DNA of 64,000 bases, from the IMG/VR virus record IMGVR_UViG_3300048549_001527; one strand, 5' to 3'. Position 1 is the stretch's first letter; every line of letters starts with the position of its first letter. The position numbers and the translations under genes were made by a program. The notes below the pieces were generated by a model that searched no databases, was not told the origin of the DNA, and saw only the letters and a program-made list of their open reading frames with translations. Below, one piece after another: positions 19,096 to 30,400 of this stretch. The DNA is from a virus. Its lineage: Duplodnaviria > Caudoviricetes.

Positions 19096-21393
19096 ATGTC
19101 AACAATTAAATTACGCCGTAGTTCGGTTGCTGGCCGAATTCCGACCACCGCTCAGTTAGAGCTCGGTGAAATTGCTATCAACACTGCTGATGGTAAATTA
19201 TATTTTAAGAAATACGACGCTGTTGCTAATACGGAATCAATCATTGACGTATCTGCAGATTTAGATGCAGCAGCAATCCTTTCACTTTTAACTGGAGTTG
19301 ACGGCGCAGGTTCAAACCTTGATGCTGACCTCCTTGATGGTGAGGAAGGATCCTATTATTTAGATTGGGCAAACTTTACGAACACGGCCACAGGTGTAGT
19401 CGCAAATACGTATGGTTCTTCAACAGAAATTCCAGTTCTTACAATTGATGCTGATGGAAGAATCACAACAGCTAATACGACCGCCGTTGCCGGTGTTGAT
19501 GATTTTACATATGATGCGGCAAATAACCAATTGGCTCTTACAACTGGTGACGGTACTGTATATAACTTATTCTTAAATCAATTTAAAGATTTAGTTGTTG
19601 AAGATCTTACCGCCAACTCAATTAACATTGATACACTTGGCTTTGATGCGTTAGACGTCGCTGGTGATATTAGTGCAAACAACGGATTTTTCGCAGGAGA
19701 CATTACAGTTGATGGCGTAGTTAAATCTGATTTAACAGTTACCCTTACTGGTGATGTTACTGGTACAACAACTTCAAACACAGGAACTATTTCTGTTGTA
19801 ACTGATATTGCGGCATCAGGTGTAACCGCAAATACATATGGCTCTGCAACCGCCATTCCAGTTGTCACGGTTGCGGCAGATGGTCGTATCACAAACGCAA
19901 CAACAACTCCAGTTGCTGGCGTTGATAGTTTTACTTATGCTGCAGCTAATAACACAATTACATTAGAAACTGGCGACGGTTCAGTATTTCATATTGCAAC
20001 TGAAACTGAAGTTACGCTTACAGGTGATGTTACAGGAACCGCCACCGCAACCGACGGCAATCTTTCAATAGCCGCAGATATAGCTAACTCAGGGGTCACT
20101 GCAGGCTCGTATGGATCATCTTCACAAATACCAGTTGTTACTGTTGGCCTTGATGGGCGCATCACCTCTATGTCTAATACGGCTGTTGCGGGTGTTGATG
20201 ATGTATCTTGGGTATCCGCAAACAGCACTTTAGTTATTGAAACCGGTGACGGATCAACATACTTTACGACTATTGATACATTTGACGAAATCACAATGGT
20301 TGGAAACGGAACTGTTGATGGAAGAGACCTTTCGGTTGATGGCGCTAAACTTGACCTAATTGAAGATGAGGCAACCGCAGATCAAACCGCCGCAGAAATT
20401 CTTGCAGCGCTGATAACTGTTGACGGAGATGGATCCGGCCTTGACGCAGATACAGTTGATGGATATTCCGCAGCTGAAATTCTAGATGCAGCGGCTAATA
20501 ACGCGCAATCATTAGTTGGCGCTGGTGATGTTACTATCACGGCAAATAATGGCTTAATCGGCGTTGCATCGTTTAATGTTAATACATCAAACACTGAAAA
20601 CTTTTCAATATCACACGCTGATACGTCAAGTGTTTCTGATGTTGATAATTCAGCAGGTAATGTATTACAAGATATAAGTTTTGATACTTATGGGCACGTA
20701 CAGACAGTTTCATCAGTAGATCTTGATGGCCGTTATTATACTGAAACAGAAACAGATGGATTTTTAGTACTTAAAGCTGATAAGACTATCGCAATCACCG
20801 CAGGCACAGCATTAACTGGCGGAGGGACGCTCGGCGCAAATATAACTATTAATCATGGAGATACTTCATCACAGGCAAACCTCGCGTTTGCAAATACAGG
20901 TTTAAATCCTGAATTTATTGATGCAATAAATTTTGATGACCACGGCCATGTCTTATCAGTTGTAAAAGGTATTAGGCAATATTTAGATACTGCAACTGCA
21001 GACGCAAGATACGTTAATGTAACAGGCGACACAATGTCTGGAGCGTTGACCGTTAACGCAAATATCAATCAAACAAACTCTACACATATTGACGCATCTG
21101 TTACGACTACGGCAACAACACAGGCAACAGTATATGCATTCCCATACGCATCCTACGGTGGAGCAGAGATTACAATTACTGCGTCAAGTGGAAGTAATCG
21201 TCACGTGACTAAACTTCTAGTTACACACGACGGTTCAACTGCAATCGCAACGGAATACGGTGTTGTTTATACAAACGCAGAATTAGCAACATATGATGTA
21301 TCAATTTCAGGGCCTGTCTTGCTAATTCAAGCAACACCTGCTTCTGTAAGTTCTACAAAATTCCAAACCTTTGGGCAGCTTGCCAAAGTATAA
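19096..21393 (+). CDS. Tail fibre/adaptor protein with gp37-like N-terminus
   Basis: IKLRRSSVAGRIP...LELGEIAIN.ADGKLYFK resembles the T4 gp37 N-terminal motif; GSGLDAD(L/T)(L/V)DG and TYGS.T.IPV.T...DGRIT repeats; C-terminal THDG...EYG domain. Confidence 0.75.
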   Translation: MSTIKLRRSSVAGRIPTTAQLELGEIAINTADGKLYFKKYDAVANTESIIDVSADLDAAAILSLLTGVDGAGSNLDADLLDGEEGSYYLDWANFTNTATGVVANTYGSSTEIPVLTIDADGRITTANTTAVAGVDDFTYDAANNQLALTTGDGTVYNLFLNQFKDLVVEDLTANSINIDTLGFDALDVAGDISANNGFFAGDITVDGVVKSDLTVTLTGDVTGTTTSNTGTISVVTDIAASGVTANTYGSATAIPVVTVAADGRITNATTTPVAGVDSFTYAAANNTITLETGDGSVFHIATETEVTLTGDVTGTATATDGNLSIAADIANSGVTAGSYGSSSQIPVVTVGLDGRITSMSNTAVAGVDDVSWVSANSTLVIETGDGSTYFTTIDTFDEITMVGNGTVDGRDLSVDGAKLDLIEDEATADQTAAEILAALITVDGDGSGLDADTVDGYSAAEILDAAANNAQSLVGAGDVTITANNGLIGVASFNVNTSNTENFSISHADTSSVSDVDNSAGNVLQDISFDTYGHVQTVSSVDLDGRYYTETETDGFLVLKADKTIAITAGTALTGGGTLGANITINHGDTSSQANLAFANTGLNPEFIDAINFDDHGHVLSVVKGIRQYLDTATADARYVNVTGDTMSGALTVNANINQTNSTHIDASVTTTATTQATVYAFPYASYGGAEITITASSGSNRHVTKLLVTHDGSTAIATEYGVVYTNAELATYDVSISGPVLLIQATPASVSSTKFQTFGQLAKV

Positions 21394-21396
21394 ATA
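21389..21396 (+). promoter_or_regulatory. T4-type late promoter
   Basis: TATAAATA overlapping the stop of the upstream gene; GGGGAG SD precedes the GTG at 21430. Confidence 0.8.
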
Positions 21397-21429
21397 ATAG
21401 AAAATAAGCCAATTTGGGGAGAGTGAACC

Positions 21430-24400
21430 GTGGCGAACGATAAAAAGTTTATAGTCAAGAATGGTCTCTTGACACAAGAAAATGTTGTTATTGGATCTAC
21501 TACTGATACCGGAGAAAAGCTCCAGGTAACAGGTACTACAAAGGCCACTGGGCAAGTTGAAATTACCCAAGCTACAGCATCTCCTAGTTTAGTCGTAAAG
21601 AATACTAATAACACCGTTGGTGATCAATTCGTAGAATTTGAAGGTAGAACAGCATCCCTTGTTTTACGTGATGTCGGTGACGGTGATTATGCTTGGTATA
21701 ATACAAGTGGTGCAACTGAACTTAAATTTAATAACAATGCCGGAAACGGATTAGAATTTTCTGTTGGCGGTAATAGCAAATTTCAAATCACAACAACTCA
21801 AGCAGATTTTAAAATTGACCCAACAGTTAATGGTAGTACTATATGGTACGCTAATAACGATGGCGCAGGATCAGGATTAGATGCAGACCTCCTAGATGGA
21901 GTTGAAGGCGCAAGTTTTGTAAGATCTGACGAAGACGACACGATGTCAGGTAGTTATGTTATCACTGGTAACTTAACAGTCCAAGGCGTAACAACCACAG
22001 TCAATTCTGAAACCGTTTTAATCGCTGATAACTTACTTACCCTTAATAGTAATTACACTGGATCTACTCCTACTGAAAATGCAGGTTGGGAAGTAGAACG
22101 CGGTACATTAACTAATTCATCTTTACAATGGGATGAAACAAACGATTGGTTTAAACTAATTTCAGCAGGTACAGACTTAGGTCGTATTATTACAACTGCA
22201 GATGAAGGTTCAGGTAACGGTTTTGATGCTGACACGGTTGACGGTTTAGAGGCTGCGCAATTCTTACGAGCAGATGCAGACGATACTGCAACCGGTAATA
22301 TTACAATTGAACAAGTTCTTACAATTGGTAACAACTCAGGTCCTGCCCGAATTAACTTTGATGGCAATGGAACAAACCGATCCATTTACAGCACAGCTGG
22401 AAATATTGGGTTTACAAATAATTCCTTATCTTGGTCAGCATATTCTGACACAAACGATGACTGGATTGTAACCAACGATATCTATGCAAAGCGTTTCCTT
22501 GACTCCGATGATAATACATTTTTAGTAGATCCTGCATCAACTTCTAAAGTTAATAATATTGAATTAGCTGGAAACCTTAGTGGTGCTGGCGGAAATACTA
22601 ACGATTATATTACTTTTGCTAGCAGCACAGTACAGACTCATATTGATAACACTTTAAGATGGACCGTTGGTTTAACTGAAAACGTATCAAACGTTATAAT
22701 TAAAGCTCCTGCATACTATGACTTAAACGATGTAAATTATTTCTTAGATCCTGCTGGTGACTCAGAATTAAAAACAATCCTACTTGATGATTACATTATT
22801 CATAGAGGTGACGCTGATACTTATATGGGGTTTGACGCGGCAGACGCAATGACATTCGTGACAGGCGGAACAGAAAGATTTAACCTTGATAACGATAGCG
22901 CTGATTTTTCTGTAAATGTATATGCTCCAAAATTTATCGACTCAAATAACAATACTTATTTCTTAGATCCTGGTGCAACATCAGGACCGTCTCTTATTGT
23001 AAGCCAACAAATTCAAGGTGATGATGGTACAGCTAGTATTCCAGGTTATGGTTTTGAAGCAGGCACAAGTACTGGTATGTACAGATCTGGAGCTGATGTT
23101 CTTGCATTTACTCAAGGCGGGGTAAATCGTTTCTTCGTTGGTTTTTCTAGCGGTGCAGCTAACTATTCATTGGTTGATATGAGAGCTCCTAGATTTGTTG
23201 ACTCTGATAATACAGCTTATTATGCGGATCCTGCATCTGACTCTCAAATGAATACTATTGACATTGATGATTATATTCGTCACCGTGGTGATATCACAAC
23301 TTATATTGGTTTCCCAACTGATGGACAAATATCAACATTTACTAACGGCGCTGAAAGAATGCGCACAACCGATGCTCTTACGTATTTTGACCAAAATGTA
23401 AGTGTTGGTACAACAAGTAATTCTTATACTTTAGATGTATATCATGCTACTCTTGATACGATTGCACGATTTAAGAGTGGTGATAACAGAGCGTCTATTG
23501 CAGTATCAGATGATGATACAACCGCATATGTTTTAGCAGAAAATTCGCTTGCTCACTTTGGTATGACATCATTTATTGATGAAGCCAATTTAGTTATCAA
23601 CGCAGATGGTAATGTTGGTATTGGTACTGTCACGCCAACCGAAGCAAATCTTAATCTTAGTACAAGATCGGCCGCAACAAACAATCCGTTTGCTGCAGCT
23701 AATAAACTGCTATCATTGCAAGATAACGATACTGAAAAATCATATTGGGCTTTGGATAATTCAAGTAATGTTTGGATTATTGGAAACGGCGAATACTTAT
23801 TCTCGACCACAGGCGCAAGCATCGGTGTTACAATAGATGCAACCAACGGCGAACTTGTTGTTGGTGACCAAAACGGTACTTATGCAACAATGGATGGCAC
23901 TTACGAAGGAGTTTCAATTTCTGCTACTCCTTCTCCATCTGCAAACAAACTCCATGTAAATGGCTCAGTTCAATTAAATTCACAGACCGACGTATTTGCA
24001 ATTAGCGCAGCTGATGGTGGTAATGCTAATATCAACGCAGCCACATTCTTAGGTGTTAATGAATTAGGATTTTCTGCCGGTGGTGGCTTCTTTATGGACG
24101 ACACTACTACAATAAAAACTCGTGGGAATAAAAATATACAAACCACAGGCGATATGTATGCAGGCCGTTTTTATGATGATGATAATAACAATTACTATGG
24201 CGACTTTGCATCTACATCTCAAATGGCGCAAATTGATATTGATACATATATTCGTCATCGCGGAGACACAAATACATATTTTGGATTTGAAGCTAACGAC
24301 ACATTTAGAATTTGGACTGACGGAACGCAAAGATTTAACATTGATAATAATTCTGCTGATTTTGCTGTTAACGTATATGCTCCAATATATTTTGACTCCA

Positions 24401-27400
24401 ATAACAATACTTATTATGGCGATTTTGGTAATACTGATGTTTCAATCAAAATGGCAGGAGAAATACTTGGCGGAGATGGCGCACTTGCTACTCCAACATA
24501 TGCGTTTAATAGTCAAGCAAATAGCGGCATGTACAAGTATGCTGCAAACGTATTAGGTTTTTCTGCAAACGGTAACGATGAGTTTAGAGTATACAGTAGC
24601 TATTCATTATCTCCAGGTTCTTCAAGAGCACCAATCTTTTATGATAGTGATAACACTGCATATTATACAAATCCAGCAAGTACATCTTACTTGTATAATG
24701 CGTATATTAAAGGTGGACATGATGACACCAGATTACAGCTTTGGTATCCAAGCGCTACCGCGGCAAACGAAGCATTCTTAACTTTATGGGCATCAGAGCC
24801 AGCACTCACTTATCATGGTGCAGGTATAGGTGCAAACATTGACTTTAATGGCCAGTATTATGGGCGTGAAACCGCAGGTCAACCGTATGGTGTTTATTTA
24901 AGATTTAGACCAGATATAGGTGAGGCTTCATTAAATACAACAATTGGTACACCTGATACTGCTGGCGCAGCTCAAGTAAAACATTTTTATGTTCTGCCAG
25001 ACGGTAACGTATTTGCAAGAACATCATCCCGCGCTCCAATCTTTTATGACTCGAACAACACTGCGTTTTATACAGACCAAGCAAGTACTTCACTTCATAA
25101 CGTTCAAAGAGTTCAGCAACTTCAAGTCGACAGTGCAACATATACAATTGATGGTGTAACTGGCGATTATGGTTCTATTAAAGTTTCAGGCGATACAGGT
25201 AGTTATGCAGGATACGCAATTAACGATGATTGGGTATTCATGGCAACCGGTAGCACTAGTGCTGGTATTTTTAATGATACTCGTAACGAATGGGTTTTGC
25301 AGGCAACTGATAATAGCTGGACAAGATTGTACGCAAACGGCGTTCATCAAATTGGCGCTGAAAACGGTTATGGCTATGCTCCAACTCAAATGCGAGCTCC
25401 AGTATTTTATGACTCAGATAACACTTCATTCTTTGCCAACTTTGCAGCTGGAAATACAAGTACAGCGATTAGTATTAATGGTCAAATAAGCAGAACAGGT
25501 TTTGCAACCGGAGATGTTACGACTAACAAATATCTTATAGCCGAAGATCGTAACCATTGGGTTTGGACTCCTACAAATAATTGGGGTATTTTCTGGGCTA
25601 CAACAACATCGTCACTCGCTCATTTTGGATCTGCTAATCCAAACGAACTTACATTCGTAGGTAATGGCGATATTAAAGCATCTATTGATTTGGATAACGG
25701 TAACTTCTACGCCAAAGGCGAAGGTACATTCTCAAATATCAGAATTAGCGGCGGTAACGAAGATCTTCCACTTCTCAAATCATATGGCTCAGGTCTTGCT
25801 GATACAGTTCTATTCGATGGAACAATGTATTGGGAAAAACGAGTTATTCAGGCTATGCAAGGTACTGAAGACAGCGCAACAACTTCTACAGCGGACTTTG
25901 TTAAATCAGGTATCGCGCCAGTTGCATCAAGTTATATAATCAGAACAAGCGGCTATCGTACATTTGTATCTGACTATATTGAGGTTGAGCCGGGTGAAGA
26001 ACTTTATGGCGAAATTGCTGCAAGATATGTATCAGGCAGTGGATCAACCTTGTATTATGGTATTGAGCGTTTTGATAAAGATAAAAACCCAATTGCCGCT
26101 AACACTGGCACAACATATTTCGTTGCAAGTAATGTTAACGTTAGTTCAACAAGTTGGACAACATATTCGGGTCACACGACAATTCCAACAAGTCATACAG
26201 CTTTTAGCGGCTCTGATGGATCAGGTGTTAAATACGTTCGTATTCGCCTATTAATGAACTATCAAACAACCGGTGCTCTTCGTGAATTTGGTCCTCCAAT
26301 TCTAAAAAGAACACAGGTTCATAGTAGACTTCGTAGCTCAAATATTTATGCTCCGATTATGTATGATGCCGATGATAACAATTATTATGTAGATCCAAAC
26401 GCAACATCTAAGATGAACGTTGTTGATGCAAGTAACTTTAGAGATAGAGATAACACTGCTTACTTTATGAATCCTCAAACTGGTGGTAGGGTTTCAGGAC
26501 CTTGGGATTGGTCAAACGGTTCAATTGAAAATCTAAACAACCTTTCATTTAACGATCCAGGTCCACAAGAAGGTATTAAGTGGAAAGGTGGTGAGACCTG
26601 GCAAATTTACGAATCACCAAACGATCTAACTACAAATGCAGGCGGTAACCTACAGTTTACTTCTTCTTCGTTAGGAACTGGCGCAGGTACAATGCGTATG
26701 CGTGTTGAAACTGACGGAGACGTACACGCTGGAAACAGAATGTTTGCCACAGCATTTATTGACTCAAACGACACTGGCTTTTCTGCAAATCCTGCAAGTA
26801 CTTCTGTATTCAGTAAACTTCACATTGGCTCAACATCAAACTTAGGCGATGGCACTGATCCAGATATTTCAACTAGTATAATTCAAGCTACATCTAAAAT
26901 TGTAACACCAAGAGTTGTATTCTTAAACGATGGCACTGGTGATGACAATTATATTCAGCACAGTGATACTAACAGCGCACACACTGTAGCAGGACAGCAA
27001 ATGGGCGCATGGTTTGAATTTATTGGTGATAAGATTTCAGCCACAGACTCTAACTCAGCAGGTATTGTTGCTTCTGGCCTTAAATCAAGATACGGATCAT
27101 TTCAAAACCGACTTGATGCTGCAATTATGTACGACTACAGTAGCACAAGTTATTATGTAGACCCTGCGTCAACCTCACGTCTTAATACACTGCGTACCAA
27201 CAGATTATATCCTGCTTACGATAATAATTCTAGTGTTTACTTTGATTATCCATCTTCATATGGCACCTACGGTTCTGTTGCAGTTTATGGTTCTGGTAGA
27301 AGCGGGTATTCAGGATATTCTATTAACAATCGCTATGTCTTTATGTCGTCTAGCATTACAAACATGGGCCTCTATAACGATTACGATAATGAATGGATGT

Positions 27401-30400
27401 TATATGGTATAAGAAACGCGGGTGTTGACTTATATTATAACGGGGCGGTTCAGCTTGAAACTGAAAACGGATTTGGATACGCAAGAAACCAAATGCGTTC
27501 ACCGATCTTTTATGACTCAAACAATACTTCTTATTATGGCGACTTTGCAAGTCTATCTAGATTTAATGCTGTTAACCTCAACACGTTACAATTTAATGGT
27601 TTAACATTCACAAACCCAGAAGTTGGTATTTGGTATGAATATGCGTCAAGCTATGGTAGTGGCTATAATCAACTCTATACTCGCTTAGGGCGTCAGCAAA
27701 ATTCTGATAGAACTACAATCATTGAATATTATTTCACTCAAAACTGGAATGGTTTTGGGCAAGTTGGTGGTAAAATTTATGTTAGACGAGGTTCTGGAAC
27801 TAACAAAATGGGTATCACCCACGTTCCTAATGAAGTTAATATGTATCATACTACAGCCGGAAGTAATTTAGCAAATGCTCCTGAAGTATATGTTGATAAT
27901 TCTAATTACGTTTGGGTTGGTATGCCATATGGCGCAGACGCTGATGCAAAAATATATTTTAGATATGTACAAAAGGCTGGTTTTGAAGAAGGATTTTATT
28001 TCGGTAACCATTTTCAAAATTCTGCAATTACACAAACGAACGGCACCACCCTTGCCCACGCAGGACCGATTGGCCCAGGCATTCACTGGAATGTAGGTGT
28101 TGGTAATGCGTCAGCTGATTTTGCAGGTGGACCATATAGTTATGGAGGGTTTGGTTACCTTCACGCAAACGCAGTTTATGTTAGTGGAAATGTGCAAGCT
28201 CAAAACAATGCTCAAAGATACTTAGATTTAACTGGTAACTCTCATTTAACTAGTCTTGATCTGTTTGGCAATCTCCGCATAGATAACGGTAATGAAATAC
28301 GACTTGACACATCGAGTGGTACCACTCGTGGATACATTGAGGCAACTGAAACTAACGATGCGCATTTAATTATTGCTACATCAGGCGGCGAAGACATCTC
28401 GTTTAGAGATGGTGGAATAGGTGGTCAATGGAATATGATCGTTCGCGGAGACGGTGATGTTCTTACAAACAGAAACCATTATGCTCAGGCATTTTATGAT
28501 CGTAACGACTCGGCTCGCTACGTAAATCCAAATGGTACTTCTGAAATGGGTACTATACGAGCTGATCGTTTTGATATGCGTGATCGCGGCGACTTTATTA
28601 CTTTTTATGGTGATGATAGTACAAACCATTCTATATCATCTCGTAATAATGCCGGCGACGCATCTGACGATATTCGTATTAACACATACGGAAGCTTGTG
28701 GATTAACTTAGATTCAAACAACAATAATACTTCAGGCGCTGATTTTAGAATTGGCCGTCATGGTGGTGCAACTGGTGACATTGTTCAAACCGGTTTATTT
28801 GATGTTTACGGTGACTCGTTGTATGCTTACAGTGCTTATAGTTTCCGTTCACCAATCTTCTATGATAGTAACGACACAACTTATTATACAAATCCGGCTA
28901 GCACATCAGTAATGAACACGCTTGATGTTCGTAGCGAAGTGTATAATGATGGTTGGTTCCGTAACGACACAGGTGGTCGCGGTCTTTACAGCACAGCTCA
29001 CGCAATGCATTGGTATGCAACCGATGATAACTATTGGGATCTTTCTCATAACGACGATAACGCATCAATTGGTATTCGTCTAAGAGGTACTTATGATGGC
29101 ACAATTCGCGGTTATCTTTATGCCGAGTCTGATAACGATTTTGGTCTATTAGGATCACAAGGATCATGGAGACTTCGGGTTGTTGCCGGTGATTGGATTG
29201 ACGCTGCTGGGTCAAGTGTTCGTGCTAAAATATTCTACGATCGTGATAACACTGGTTATTATTTTAATGGTGCTTCAACTTCACGTTCGAACTATCACAG
29301 AATTAACAACCTATATGACTCACAAGAACGTAGATATACTGCCCCTAATGGTGGTCAATATACTACAACGACGAGCTCTGTAACTGGTGCAATTCGTATT
29401 AGACTGCCGACCAATCGGTTTAAATCTAATACAATGATGAAGTTTAAAGTTTCTGTTTATGAATACTCAACAGGTAGAACTCACGAATTTTTGATCTCTG
29501 GCTATAATAACAACAACACAAACCAACAATGGTACAACGTAGCTGCAACTCAGTTAACGGACGACAACCGAGGCGCCTACAATATTCGTTGGGGCGGTAA
29601 TGGAACTGATAACATTGTTTGGATTGGTGAAACCAACAGCTCTTGGTCTTATCCGCAGGTTCACGTTCAGTGGGTTGACGTTGGTTATTCTGGTTACTCA
29701 ACAAACTGGGGACAAGATTGGGTCATTGATTTTGTAACATCGTTTGATACAGTCCGCACAACCAGAATCGCATCTTTAGTTTATACCTTAAATAACAGAG
29801 ATAACTGGGCATACGATCTTCGTGGTACATTGTTTTATGATAACAATAACACCGGTTATTATTGTGATCCTAATAGTATATCAAACCTTAACGTGGTATA
29901 CGCAAATCGCATTCGCGTTGATGACGGCGGGACAGGCGGTCACATTTACACTGATGATACGTATTTAGATCTTTCATACGGCGCAACCGGTGGTGGAGGT
30001 ATTCGTCTATATGATAGCAATGATGACCTTCAAGGTTATTGGTACGGTAACGGTTCCGGCGAGCATGGCTTCTTAGATAATGATGAAAACTGGGCAATTC
30101 GAATTCGGACTGGATCCAATTCTATGCTGTTCTATACTGATACCAATAACGAATTCCAAATTCACACTACTTATACATATTCGCCGGGTTCTTCGAGAGC
30201 ACCTATTTTCTATGATAGTAATGACACAGCCAAATATACTAACCCTGCTGGCACCTCACAGATGTATAGGATTAGCCAGTTAGATCGTTTAACGTTTGTG
30301 AGTGGCCCATACATTGATGATGGAGATGAAGATAATAGGTTGAATTTTTATACTTCTGATACCGATAACGGCCAGTTTTATTTTACAGAAGCAAACGGTC

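Noticed and set aside
21391-21432. Stop-codon readthrough fusing the 765-aa and 3,200-aa fibres (same frame)
   Set aside because: Two in-frame stops (TAA, TGA) plus a separate late promoter and SD
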